56,341 nucleotides of DNA from a virus (Duplodnaviria > Caudoviricetes): IMG/VR virus record IMGVR_UViG_3300042453_004839, positions 1 to 56,341 of that record; one strand, given 5' to 3'. A program made the translations under genes and the position numbers. The notes beneath the pieces were generated by a model, which saw nothing but the letters and a program-made list of their open reading frames with translations, searched no databases and was not told the origin of the DNA. Positions 36,353-45,710 of this stretch are shown in pieces (positions within the stretch are counted from its first letter, which is position 1; every line of letters starts with the position of its first letter).

Positions 36353-38625
36353 GCAGTGGGTGCGTTCGGTGTCTCAAACGCGGAACGCAGACTAGCTGCG
36401 GTCGCGGCGTCTTGTAAAGCTAATTTTTGCTTTAGCTCGAGCTCCTTAAATTTCGCATCCATAGCGGCTTTTTCCTGCTTCAACTGCATGTCGAGTTGAT
36501 GCTCTTGCATCTTCATTTGCATCTGCGGAGAAATGGGTTGAACTGCTCCCTGTTCCATTGCGGCCTGTTGCTGGGCTTCAGCCGCCGCCCGAATATCTTG
36601 TTCGACGTCGCGTTGCAAATTAACGACTGCTTCACGGAGAAGATTCATGGCAAGATTGGCTTGGCTAATCTCAGCTTGTTTCGTTTTATCTCCAGCAATT
36701 CGGGTCAAATGGTCGTTGCAATGCTCGTAAATCATCGTCAGGTACATCATGGTTCCCTGTTTGTCCTGCACCTGATTGGTTTGCGTTGCCTGGACAAGGG
36801 GCTGGGTTTCGCGCAAATGAACGCCGAGATGAATTGCGTGGTTCTCGTTTGGCATCACCGTGACCATTTTGCCGGCCTGCATGGAGCCGTTTTCAAGTTC
36901 AGCAATTTTGGCGTCCACAGGAACGCGGTTCTTAACATTTGGGTTGGGTAAATATCTGTCTACCTGGTCGTATCCGACCCGGGCGGCGACGCGATCGCGG
37001 ATAGCGTTTACCTGGCCGAGTTCATCAAAGCGAGGTAGCAACTGCATGAATTCATTAAACGCCGTCAAACGTGCCGCCGGAGACCCAAGACCAATGGCCC
37101 TCACCGGGTCCACATCGTAAACTTCCTTAACAGCCTGCCACGGAACTCCACGTTCTTCCAGGCGCTGGCGGAACTTCTTGGCTTCGGCGGCTCCTTGCTC
37201 TCCGGCAATCCAGGAATCCCTTTGCAACCGGCGAAACTGTTCTCGGAGGAGACGTCCCCACGGGACATAAAACAAGTTCAGGGAGTTGGCGCTAAGAACT
37301 CCTTCATTTGCAATCTGCGCTTCAACTTCGGTGGCAGTCCGAGGATTGCCCGTAGGAGCATTCATTTGGGTGCGATACGAACCGGTATTGCTTTGGCGAA
37401 CCATTGCCATTTCGTTAACAATCGGCATGACGCCAGCAGCCAAGTTGGGGTAATCAGTTTTTACTACCTGGAGGCCGGGCGGGAGAAATGAAAGGGGGCC
37501 AGAATAAGCCATCGTCATCCGGGAGATGTCTTCAGCCGACTGAGGCTGAAGAAGGACCGAAGTCTGCAACATGGCCCCATCGGCCATGGCGCAACGCAAA
37601 CGGTTAGTCATCTGGATATGGGGGAAAATCTTGTACCCGAGACCGCGGATGGAATGATAAAGACCATTACCAATTCCGTAGGTAAAGATATGGAACGCTT
37701 CAGAGGCAGTTTTAAAACGGTGAAGTTTCTTGAAAAGAAAATCTCCCACTCCGTCACGACGACCGATGGCGTGGGAATAAGATCCGTCAAACTCCCGGAC
37801 GTAGTAATGGATTACGTGAACCTCGCGGCTACGAACATGGGAAAAATAAAGATCGTTGCTTTTAATTTCCCTTTGCAGCTCTTCCCAATTAAAGGTGTCG
37901 ACCGGCATCGTGGTGGTAGCATCGCGAATGGCTTGCTTAACTGCGTCAACATTCCAGCCAGCCTCTTTCGCCGCTTTTTCATTCTCGATGTACTTGTAAA
38001 GTTCGTGGGTTAGATAAATGCGCCGGACGCAGGCAATCTCAACTTTGTCCTCGGTGGCGGGAGTTCCGCGAGGGATTAGAAAGTCACCGATCGGGCAAAT
38101 GTTCCACTGCCAGTTCCGTTCGTCTTCAAAGAAAGCCACCGCCAAGCCCTGGGCAATGAAGTAGTAAGAAAGCAACTGTTGCCGAAAATAGAAACTCGGC
38201 CAGTCTTTTGTCAACAAACGGTGGAACTCTTCTGAAATAATGGCGGCGTATTCTTCGCGCTGGCTTTCGTCGCCAAATTTGGTTTTGACGCTGACCAAGC
38301 GATCCACTGAGGTAACCAGATCGTTGTAAGCGGAAAGAGCTTTTTCCAGGTCGGCGCTGGCTTCTCCAAAATTCAAATTGGCCCTATAACCTTGACCCAT
38401 TCGGCGCAAAACAACAGGATCATATGGAGCCGCACCATCAAACATATCCATGATACGGGTGCGATCCTTGGACGACTGTTCGTCGGCCAGGTAAAGATTT
38501 TGATAAAGCCCGTAAAGTCCGGCATGATTTGTAATCCGGGTTTTGGGAGCTTTGCCGCTTTTGTCCAGAGTCAAAAGCCCGTCAGCATCTCCGGTGGCGG
38601 GGTTTAGGTAGAGTTTTTCGTCCAC
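36349..38625 (-). CDS. Portal protein
   Basis: About 760 aa after terL; RTATEV motif; Gln-rich C-terminal barrel helix. Start chosen at GTG 38625 (GGA RBS); the ORF track starts at 38664. Confidence 0.8.
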   Translation of the reverse strand: MDEKLYLNPATGDADGLLTLDKSGKAPKTRITNHAGLYGLYQNLYLADEQSSKDRTRIMDMFDGAAPYDPVVLRRMGQGYRANLNFGEASADLEKALSAYNDLVTSVDRLVSVKTKFGDESQREEYAAIISEEFHRLLTKDWPSFYFRQQLLSYYFIAQGLAVAFFEDERNWQWNICPIGDFLIPRGTPATEDKVEIACVRRIYLTHELYKYIENEKAAKEAGWNVDAVKQAIRDATTTMPVDTFNWEELQREIKSNDLYFSHVRSREVHVIHYYVREFDGSYSHAIGRRDGVGDFLFKKLHRFKTASEAFHIFTYGIGNGLYHSIRGLGYKIFPHIQMTNRLRCAMADGAMLQTSVLLQPQSAEDISRMTMAYSGPLSFLPPGLQVVKTDYPNLAAGVMPIVNEMAMVRQSNTGSYRTQMNAPTGNPRTATEVEAQIANEGVLSANSLNLFYVPWGRLLREQFRRLQRDSWIAGEQGAAEAKKFRQRLEERGVPWQAVKEVYDVDPVRAIGLGSPAARLTAFNEFMQLLPRFDELGQVNAIRDRVAARVGYDQVDRYLPNPNVKNRVPVDAKIAELENGSMQAGKMVTVMPNENHAIHLGVHLRETQPLVQATQTNQVQDKQGTMMYLTMIYEHCNDHLTRIAGDKTKQAEISQANLAMNLLREAVVNLQRDVEQDIRAAAEAQQQAAMEQGAVQPISPQMQMKMQEHQLDMQLKQEKAAMDAKFKELELKQKLALQDAATAASLRSAFETPNAPTA

Positions 38626-38671
38626 AAGTCCATCCAGTATGGATAAATGCCTCTGCCCTGTCAATCAGGAT

Positions 38672-40405
38672 TTACTGGGATAGGAAGGCGTTGGCCGAAT
38701 GAACGGAATCCAGTTTTCTTGCCTGGTCGATCCAGGACGACCTCATTTTGCCCCCAACCATAGAACCAGCCTGAATCCCCAACCGTTGACGGGCCAAATC
38801 CAAGCCCAGAAAAAAAGCATCCGCCAAGTCGGGAGACCGGCCCAATCTCAGCTTATAATCGCGTTTTGGCTCTACAGTGACCTTGCCCCCAGAAGTAGTC
38901 ATGTACTTACGCCCGGTCATCTCCTTGGCTAAGTCAGGAAGTACGCCCTTTAGTTGGTTAGCCCGCATATACTCGACCCCGGAAAACCATAATTCGGTCA
39001 CACGATTAGTGTACTTGTCGGTCCCCTTGATGGGATTGGTTATGCTGACAGGTAAATTTGACGCTTTCTCGCCAAACTTGATTCGCAATATCCGTTGCGA
39101 CCAAATTTCCGAAAGAATATCGCAAAACGGGTCACCGGCACCAGTGGCGTCGATTGCCACCCGTTCCGGCGGAACCCCGTTCTCCTGGCAAATTCGCATG
39201 ACTTCCCGGGCAATCTGAAAGTTTCTTGGCTCCGGTTTGGTGACATCCTCCCGCAAATAATGAAACCTATGTAGGCAGACAGACGGCCCGGCTTCTTCAC
39301 TTTGCCCGTACTTAAGAATGGCTAATACTGACCGATCGCCACCGTTGGTGAAGGCCGGATCGAACCCAGCCAGAAACAAAGGTTGGCCTACCCATCTAGG
39401 CTCTTTGGCCACATCGTACTTCCTAAAGTCGGCTTCCGAGTAAATACCTTCCTCCGCCCCAACCGGAGCTGGGAATGATCGGATGAACCGCCAGAAGGAC
39501 AGGGAATTTTCGCCCTCGTTCTCAATGGCGTATTTGACCTGCTTGGAGGTCAACAAAAAGGGCCACTTGTCATTGTGCTCGATGTTCGGAGTCTTGAGTC
39601 CGTCCAGGTGGATGCACTTGCCGAGTTTTGTGTCCCACTCTTCCGAATCGACGGTGACCGAATTCCACCCGTCCTTGGGGGTGGAGAAAACACCGAACGG
39701 ATCGTACTGGGAATTAAAGTTACCGAGTGCGACGCATTGAAAATACGGGTTGGCGTTAAGATTGTTAATCGCCTCAAAAACAGAGTTTGTCACGTCGGTC
39801 GCCTCGTCAATGATCAGAAGAACCCGTTTGTTTTTCAAGCCGATCAGTTTCGCCGTGGCTTCCTTTTCCTTGTCGGGGCTGGAAGGAACCAGGGTGATCG
39901 AGGATCGATCGCTGGCTTCTCCCGCTTCGTCCGGGTTAAGAACGATCTTACCCATCGAGTCGATCAGCTTGCCCGGCAGACCCGGAACCTGCATGTACCG
40001 CTCACGAATGGAGCCCCATAAACGCTTCCTTGCTTCTCGGACGGATGTGGTTGTTACCAGGACGAGGGTCTCGTGCGGGGCGCAGAGCCAATTGACCAAA
40101 CCCCACATGGCCAGGGTTGAAGTCTTGGCCGACGACTTTGGGCCGGATATGGCCAGGTAATTGTGCTCGCACGCCCGCTCGATCATCCAGTCTGCCCAAG
40201 GATGCCAGTTGAATCCGTTCTTGTTTTTCTTGGCGTGGTATGGCCACAGAATGTTGACCGCGTTTTTAAAATGCTGGGCCTTGCCCAACCCTCCGTCCTC
40301 GGGGCGCAATCCCCACTTGAAGGAGAGCAATTCAATGTCGAGATCGCTGGCCCCGTCGGGCCAGGACTTTCCATATTTCTCAATAGGCAAGCGGCCACTC
40401 TGCAT
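38672..40405 (-). CDS. terL: Terminase large subunit
   Basis: Walker A GPKSSAKT, Walker B LLIIDEA, nuclease motifs GFDPA and SPDLADA; alternative TTG start at 40390. Confidence 0.9.
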   Translation of the reverse strand: MQSGRLPIEKYGKSWPDGASDLDIELLSFKWGLRPEDGGLGKAQHFKNAVNILWPYHAKKNKNGFNWHPWADWMIERACEHNYLAISGPKSSAKTSTLAMWGLVNWLCAPHETLVLVTTTSVREARKRLWGSIRERYMQVPGLPGKLIDSMGKIVLNPDEAGEASDRSSITLVPSSPDKEKEATAKLIGLKNKRVLLIIDEATDVTNSVFEAINNLNANPYFQCVALGNFNSQYDPFGVFSTPKDGWNSVTVDSEEWDTKLGKCIHLDGLKTPNIEHNDKWPFLLTSKQVKYAIENEGENSLSFWRFIRSFPAPVGAEEGIYSEADFRKYDVAKEPRWVGQPLFLAGFDPAFTNGGDRSVLAILKYGQSEEAGPSVCLHRFHYLREDVTKPEPRNFQIAREVMRICQENGVPPERVAIDATGAGDPFCDILSEIWSQRILRIKFGEKASNLPVSITNPIKGTDKYTNRVTELWFSGVEYMRANQLKGVLPDLAKEMTGRKYMTTSGGKVTVEPKRDYKLRLGRSPDLADAFFLGLDLARQRLGIQAGSMVGGKMRSSWIDQARKLDSVHSANAFLSQ

Positions 40406-40439
40406 AATGACTTGACAGTTGTCAATTTAAGTTCAGTCT
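40397..40439. promoter_or_regulatory. Interlocked divergent promoters between the late and early arms
   Basis: TTGACA-GT-TGTCAA at 40412-40425. Minus strand: TTGACA-17-CAGAGT-6-TTG(40390). Plus strand: TTGACA-16-CAGTCT. Confidence 0.55.
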
Positions 40440-40468
40440 GGCCCGACGCTTGGGAACACATATGAACC

Positions 40469-40870
40469 GTGAACAGCTGTCAAAAAGGAAAGGTTGGGGA
40501 GCGTGAGTGGCGCGACGTCCTCAAGGAAAAAGGCTTCGAAGCCCGCAGGGGCCGCCAGTTCTCAGGTAGCCCGGAAAGCCCGGACGTGGTCTCCAACCTC
40601 CCGTTCCATTTTGAGGTCAAGCGGGTTGAGGCCCTCAACATTGATAAAGCTATGGAACAGGCCCAACGAGATTGTGGCAAGCAAGTGCCTGTCGTGGCCC
40701 ATCGAAAAAACAAGCGCCCGTGGCTTGTTACGATGCTTGCGGAAGATTGGTTGGCGCTAGTCCGTGAAAAACACTCCGACGCCTGTAGTTCTGCACCCGT
40801 GGCAGGAGAAAGCGAAGAGCACTTTACTTCAGGCGCTTCGGAACCACTCGATCGCTCTCGATTGTTCTGA
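40469..40870 (+). CDS. Holliday junction resolvase (Hjc-like PD-(D/E)XK)
   Basis: KGK.GERE..L...GF.ARR..PDVV..FEVK. Confidence 0.8.
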   Translation: MNSCQKGKVGEREWRDVLKEKGFEARRGRQFSGSPESPDVVSNLPFHFEVKRVEALNIDKAMEQAQRDCGKQVPVVAHRKNKRPWLVTMLAEDWLALVREKHSDACSSAPVAGESEEHFTSGASEPLDRSRLF

Positions 40871-42068
40871 CACCGGAACGGGCAAGACCGTAACGGCCTG
40901 CTCCGTCGCCAAGGATCTTGGCCTTCCGTTTGCGATCATTGCCCCAAAGATTGTTCTGCCAGCGTGGAGGGAGTGGTGTAGCACATTTGGACTACAACCT
41001 GAATTTGTCCTAAACTACGAAAAGCTCAGGACCGGCAAAACTCAATTCCTCAAAAAACTGGGCAATAAGCAATGGGAATGGACCAATGCTTCAAAGGACT
41101 TTTTGTTTATCTTCGACGAGGTCCACCGGTGCAAGAGCTACAAGTCCCAGAACGGAGCCATGCTCGAAGCGGCCCGTCCGTCCAAAATCCTAATGCTGTC
41201 GGCAACCGCCGCGGGAAGTCCCCTCGACATGCGGTTCACCGGAAGGCTCCTGGGGCTCCACAACGGCGTCAACTTCTTCAGCTGGCTCCACAAAAACGGT
41301 GTGCTCAAAGCCCCTTGGGGAGGATTCATTTTCCGAGGGGGAAAGAAAGTGCTCGTGGACATCCATTCAAAAATCTTCCCAGAGAAGGGTGTCCGGGTAA
41401 AGATAGACGAGCTTGGAGACGCTTTCCCATCCAACCAGGTCAACGCCCAGACTTTCGACATCTCGCCGAGGATCGGGGAACTTTATGAGGAGGTCGAAAA
41501 AGAAATAGCAGAGTTGAAAAGCAAGGCTTTGAGGGATCGAGACCCGGAAAGCCCGCTTACCAAGCGCCTTCGTATGCGCCAGGAAATCGAGCTTTTGCGG
41601 GTCCCGGTCATGGTGGAGATGGCCGAGGAGTTCATCTCCGAGGGGAAAAGCGTGGTGTGCTTCGTCAACTTCAGGCAGACACTGGACGCGTTGATGGAAA
41701 AGATGGAGAAGTACCAACCAATATACATTGCCGGCGACCAGTCGGAAACTGACCGACAGGATGCGGTCAATGCCTTTCAATCCAACGCCCATTATTTTCT
41801 GGTTTGCCAAATAGCGGCTGGTGGAGTCGGAGTGAGTCTTCACGATCTAAACGGAAGACCGAGGGTATCCCTCATCAGCCCGACATATTCGGCTATTGAT
41901 CTCAAACAGGCTCTTGGCCGGATTCATCGGTCGGGGGCCAAGTCCCCTGCTCTTCAGTACATTTTGTTTGCGGCCAACTCGGTTGAAGAAGAGGTTAGCC
42001 AGTCGGTTCGCAGAAAACTCAAGAACATTGAGTTGCTAAACGATGGTGATCTTCTCACGCACAATTGA
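40764..42068 (+). CDS. SF2 (SNF2-like) helicase
   Basis: DTGTGKT, FDEVH, LSAT, QALGRIHR. Confidence 0.9.
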   Translation: MKNTPTPVVLHPWQEKAKSTLLQALRNHSIALDCSDTGTGKTVTACSVAKDLGLPFAIIAPKIVLPAWREWCSTFGLQPEFVLNYEKLRTGKTQFLKKLGNKQWEWTNASKDFLFIFDEVHRCKSYKSQNGAMLEAARPSKILMLSATAAGSPLDMRFTGRLLGLHNGVNFFSWLHKNGVLKAPWGGFIFRGGKKVLVDIHSKIFPEKGVRVKIDELGDAFPSNQVNAQTFDISPRIGELYEEVEKEIAELKSKALRDRDPESPLTKRLRMRQEIELLRVPVMVEMAEEFISEGKSVVCFVNFRQTLDALMEKMEKYQPIYIAGDQSETDRQDAVNAFQSNAHYFLVCQIAAGGVGVSLHDLNGRPRVSLISPTYSAIDLKQALGRIHRSGAKSPALQYILFAANSVEEEVSQSVRRKLKNIELLNDGDLLTHN

Positions 42069-42069
42069 C

Positions 42070-42097
42070 TTGACGTTTGCGTTTTAAACATCACAAT
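42070..42097 (+). promoter_or_regulatory. sigma70-like promoter
   Basis: TTGACG-16-CACAAT-13-ATG(42111). Confidence 0.55.
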
Positions 42098-42110
42098 ACG
42101 CGCCACGCTA

Positions 42111-42347
42111 ATGGACACTTCACACGCAAGATATAGCCCGAGCACTCTCAAGAGCCGGGAACTCTGCCCGGGGTACGAGCCGAAAAAAGACGGCGAGGTC
42201 CACATCGTTACACAACGCGGGACCGCCATGCATCAAGCTTGCGAGATCGGCGACTTCGACAACCTTAACGCCGAAGAAACAAAACTTGTCATGAAATGCC
42301 TGGACTATGTCGAACGCGTCCGGGCGGAGTTATTGACCGATGCTTGA
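42111..42347 (+). CDS. N-terminal fragment of a DUF2800/Cas4-like nuclease
   Basis: HARYSPS....LCPG...RGTAMH, the usual N-terminus of this family. Confidence 0.75.
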   Translation: MDTSHARYSPSTLKSRELCPGYEPKKDGEVHIVTQRGTAMHQACEIGDFDNLNAEETKLVMKCLDYVERVRAELLTDA

Positions 42348-43203
42348 TCTAAAGGAAATCAAACTTGAAGTCTTTGATCAATGGGGGTTTGTCGACCGCC
42401 TGCTCATTCGCGGCAACAAAGCCCACCTCATTGACTACAAATTTGGATTCAATCCTGTCGATGACGCGGAGCACAACGCTCAAATGTGGGCTTATACGCT
42501 CGGGGTTTTTGACAAGTACGACTACATCACCGATGTCACCGTCCATGTCCTACAACCCAGACTCGACCTTATCTTCACCCACACATTCAATCGGGAATCC
42601 GATTATGGGCGGATGGAAAAACGAATAAAAGGAATCATAGACAAATGCAAAAATCATACCGAAGCCGATTACACCCCCGGAGACCAATGCGTGTTCTGCG
42701 CGAAACTGGCCGACTGCCCAGCAGTCCACGGAGCCACCATGCAGATCGTTAAAGCATATGACCTGGCACACGACGCGCAGTTGCCGGAACTATTTCATCC
42801 AAGCCAGTTGGCTACACCCGAACGTCGCGCTCAGGCGCACCGGATCGCGATGGTCATGGAGGCTTGGTGTTCCAGCGTCCGCAAGCACAATCTGGAGTTT
42901 GCTAAGGAAGGCGGTGAAATTCCCGGTTACGGCCTCAAGGAGATTCAAGGCCGAAGGGAAATAAAAGATCCGCAAAAGGCATGGGAACTTGTGAAGGAAA
43001 AACTCACCCCGGAGGAATTTAGTTCCGCTTGTGAGGTTAAGTTTACGGATTTGGCCGATCTGGTTGCGGCCAAGGCGCCTCGCGGTCAGAAGACCGTGGC
43101 GAAAGAACAACTGGAAGACGCGCTGATCGAAGCGGAAGCAATGACGCGAGGTGAGCCGTCTTATCAACTAAGAAAAACTAAAGAGATAAAACAAATAAAA
43201 TGA
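42340..43203 (+). CDS. C-terminal part of a DUF2800/Cas4-like PD-(D/E)XK exonuclease
   Basis: GFVD..LIDYKFG..NAQMWAY..QPR..CVFC.....CP. Confidence 0.8.
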   Translation: MLDLKEIKLEVFDQWGFVDRLLIRGNKAHLIDYKFGFNPVDDAEHNAQMWAYTLGVFDKYDYITDVTVHVLQPRLDLIFTHTFNRESDYGRMEKRIKGIIDKCKNHTEADYTPGDQCVFCAKLADCPAVHGATMQIVKAYDLAHDAQLPELFHPSQLATPERRAQAHRIAMVMEAWCSSVRKHNLEFAKEGGEIPGYGLKEIQGRREIKDPQKAWELVKEKLTPEEFSSACEVKFTDLADLVAAKAPRGQKTVAKEQLEDALIEAEAMTRGEPSYQLRKTKEIKQIK

Positions 43204-43916
43204 AGACATCATTCAGTAAGAAAGACAAAGAAGCGGCGGAACAGAAGGAAACTCAGGCTCTGGCGGCTGTGGAGAGCAAAGCTCCCGCAATTGCCAACCG
43301 CAACTCGGCGGTCGATGGCGAATTCAAAGCCTCCGACTTCCTGATCCCGCGGATCAACCTGGTCGGCAAGACCGGGAACCTGAGCAACAACTTCCAGCCG
43401 GGCTCCTTCGTCTTCAACAAAGAGCTCGTCGTTGGGTCGAAAGACGCCCCAATGGAGACGATCATCACTCACATCCAGAAGAAGTACATCCAGGAGATCC
43501 CGTACGGAACCGATGTGATCCCGAAGATTTTCGCCTCGCAAGCCGAGGTGGAAGCTGCCGGAGGAACCCTGGACATCACCGAGGGCGACGATACGGACCG
43601 TTACATTCCGTTTCTCGTCCTCACTCTCCTGGTTGCGGAACCCAAGGACAAGAACCCTATCTTTTCCTTCGAGGGACCGGACAAGAAGAACTACGCCCTG
43701 GCCCAGTACAACCTCACCAAGAGTGCGTACCGTGGCGCGGGTCGTCAGTTGCTGACCGACAGCCAGACCGTCCTGCGCGGTGCGCTCACCAAGGGCCGCT
43801 ACCACGTTGGAAGCAAGCTGAACACGAACTCGATGGGCAGCTGGTTTACGCCCACGTTCAAGCTGGCCGGAACCAACAACGAAGAGTTCCAGGCTTGGGC
43901 CTCGAGCTTGGTCTAA
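43200..43916 (+). CDS. Putative ssDNA-binding/recombination protein
   Basis: Position after the exonuclease; DFLIPRINLVG, GSWFTP; high-expression codon bias. Confidence 0.55.
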   Translation: MKTSFSKKDKEAAEQKETQALAAVESKAPAIANRNSAVDGEFKASDFLIPRINLVGKTGNLSNNFQPGSFVFNKELVVGSKDAPMETIITHIQKKYIQEIPYGTDVIPKIFASQAEVEAAGGTLDITEGDDTDRYIPFLVLTLLVAEPKDKNPIFSFEGPDKKNYALAQYNLTKSAYRGAGRQLLTDSQTVLRGALTKGRYHVGSKLNTNSMGSWFTPTFKLAGTNNEEFQAWASSLV

Positions 43917-43930
43917 ATAGATGAGGAAGG

Positions 43931-44011
43931 GGAGACGTTCCGGCATGGTGCGGCGCGAGAAGCGCCGACAGGTTAAGTGTTCCTTGCCGCGTGAAACACC
44001 GGACGTCCTCC
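43931..44011 (+). ncRNA. Candidate structured element downstream of the SSB-like gene
   Basis: Outer stem GGAGACGTTCCGG/CCGGACGTCCTCC enclosing the hairpin CGGCGC-GAGAA-GCGCCG. Confidence 0.4.
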
Positions 44012-44072
44012 GCCAATTTATATCTCTCTTGAATCATCTTAATTTCAACGTGAAAACAGAAGTAAAGGGTAT

Positions 44073-44384
44073 ATGGATCAAAACGAAATAAACACGGATT
44101 TGGCTCCAGCCATCAGCGAGGTGGTGGCGGAAGCCGGAGAAGTCATCAACAAAATCATGTCCAAAGGTTCGGATAAAAGCGTGTTTGGCCAGTGGTTTCA
44201 CACCGACAGCCGCAGATACAACGCCGACCGACTTATATCGCATGTTACCCAGGCCATGATGCAAATCGACGGCAACAGGCCCGACCCCGATACCGCCGGT
44301 GAAACTTCTCTCGATCATTTGGAGAGGGCTTTGGTCAGGGCCATGTTTTTGCTTTACAAGACGCGCAGGGGGAAAACGCTATGA
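44073..44384 (+). CDS. Divergent DUF5664-like (dATP/dGTP diphosphohydrolase-related) protein
   Basis: KGSDK....W....RY..RL.SH....D...GE..L.HL.RA....MFL resembles the family pattern. Confidence 0.45.
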   Translation: MDQNEINTDLAPAISEVVAEAGEVINKIMSKGSDKSVFGQWFHTDSRRYNADRLISHVTQAMMQIDGNRPDPDTAGETSLDHLERALVRAMFLLYKTRRGKTL

Positions 44385-44587
44385 TCGATGCCTTGTTGCT
44401 TCGCATTTTTGTGTGGATCAGCCGGCGTTGGTTTGGCTCGGTCGTATTCGCCACCGATCCCGATACCGAGCGAGTAACTTCCATGTTTTTCTTTGACAGG
44501 GAGGAGCACGCGCACAGACTCATGAGGATTATCGAGAAAGAGAAACTCAATCACGAACCACAAAAGGAGCATAAAAATGATCATTGA
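44381..44587 (+). CDS. Hypothetical protein
   Basis: ATGA overlap, gene tiling. Confidence 0.6.
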   Translation: MIDALLLRIFVWISRRWFGSVVFATDPDTERVTSMFFFDREEHAHRLMRIIEKEKLNHEPQKEHKNDH

Positions 44588-44705
44588 ATGGCTTTGGAAT
44601 CGAAGGGGATTTGCATTCCCGCAGGTAAAAACGGAAACCAAAAGCACGAAGGCAAAAATCAGGGTCGGAAAGACCAAAACAAATGCCAAGAAACGCAAGC
44701 GATAA
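44577..44705 (+). CDS. Small basic protein (42 aa)
   Basis: Manual translation MIIEWLWNRRGFAF...KKRKR; RBS AAGGAG. Confidence 0.5.
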   Translation: MIIEWLWNRRGFAFPQVKTETKSTKAKIRVGKTKTNAKKRKR

Positions 44706-44832
44706 GCTGGCTGACGAACTTGTTGCCGCTTTGGATTACCTGTTGCAGGAGGGATTTATATGTTTGACAGACCGGAAGGAACCCACGATTGTTTTAAGCA
44801 AGGAGGTAGCCACATGGAACTTCAGGAAATAG
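44683..44832 (+). CDS. Small hypothetical protein (49 aa)
   Basis: Manual translation MPRNASDKLADELVAALDYLLQEGFI...; fills the gap. Confidence 0.5.
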   Translation: MPRNASDKLADELVAALDYLLQEGFICLTDRKEPTIVLSKEVATWNFRK

Positions 44833-45125
44833 TCGGGAAAGAAGATTACGAAAAGACCGACCATAATCGCCGGAGTAGTCTCCATCGCCTCCACCAGTTT
44901 TACTGCCGGGTCGTTGATCTGGCGGAAGCCAACCACGTGACTGCCGCTCGCCTTGTGGAGGAGAACGGTCGTCTAGAGAACGAGAACGAAGGTCTGAGGG
45001 ATCTCTGCCAGGAGCTCCTCTCCGACATGGCCGACCTCGAGAAGGAATGCTCGGAGTTCCGACGCAAGGTCCGGTCCGCCGTCCTCGAATTAACACCACA
45101 CCAGAAAGAGAACAAACATGACTGA
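44814..45125 (+). CDS. Coiled-coil hypothetical protein
   Basis: ATG 44814 with AGGAGG RBS (in frame with track ORF 44760). Confidence 0.65.
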   Translation: MELQEIVGKEDYEKTDHNRRSSLHRLHQFYCRVVDLAEANHVTAARLVEENGRLENENEGLRDLCQELLSDMADLEKECSEFRRKVRSAVLELTPHQKENKHD

Positions 45126-45420
45126 AATAGTAATCAGAATCGAACATAATCAAAAAGACGAAAAACTTAACATCAGCGTTGTCCCGCGTGACAACGAGCC
45201 GACCCTTGTGGAAAAGGATGTTTTCCTGGGGTTGATGCCCCTCATCCATAGTCTTTTGTCCCAAATTCTTGGCCAGGAAGGATTCAAGAATCCGGATAAA
45301 AGCGACCTTGTCGACAAGCAAGGTAACTCCCTCAGCGAGGACTACATGGTCTCCAACGGGATGATTGAACCCGAAGGCGGCGCTGAGATTGTCGATCCCA
45401 AAACCGGCGACAGAAAATGA
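45118..45420 (+). CDS. Hypothetical protein
   Basis: 100 aa, overlapping gene tiling. Confidence 0.65.
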   Translation: MTEIVIRIEHNQKDEKLNISVVPRDNEPTLVEKDVFLGLMPLIHSLLSQILGQEGFKNPDKSDLVDKQGNSLSEDYMVSNGMIEPEGGAEIVDPKTGDRK

Positions 45421-45710
45421 CCCGAACTTCAGCCAGTTACGCACTGGCCGAGGAGTTCATGGTGATCCCTTACCCATTCGTGGGTGAGGGGAGGGACTCA
45501 ATCGAGGCCGAATACATGGTGCTGCTGGAAAGCGGCATTCACCCTAAAGAGATTTCGGATATGATCCTTGACGCCCTCAAGATCCTATTGAACGCCAGGT
45601 TAAAGACGAAGAACAATAACGAAAAATATACAAAATTGACAAACCAAATATCCGACATGCTTGGGAGACTTTTGGTTTTCGAGGAACTCATACGCGGAGA
45701 CAAAAAATGA
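45417..45710 (+). CDS. Hypothetical protein
   Basis: 97 aa, ATGA overlaps on both sides. Confidence 0.65.
   Translation: MTRTSASYALAEEFMVIPYPFVGEGRDSIEAEYMVLLESGIHPKEISDMILDALKILLNARLKTKNNNEKYTKLTNQISDMLGRLLVFEELIRGDKK

Noticed and set aside
42111-43203. Cas4 as evidence of a CRISPR system
   Set aside because: Context (helicase, SSB-like gene, PolA) is the usual phage recombination module; no array was found.
43209-43946. 245-aa minus-strand ORF and the many similar antisense ORFs across the giant gene, polA and primase
   Set aside because: Shadow ORFs caused by high GC3 in real genes on the opposite strand.
43931-44011. Hammerhead, pistol or other known ribozyme
   Set aside because: GAAA is present but there is no CUGAUGA core or other consensus I could match.
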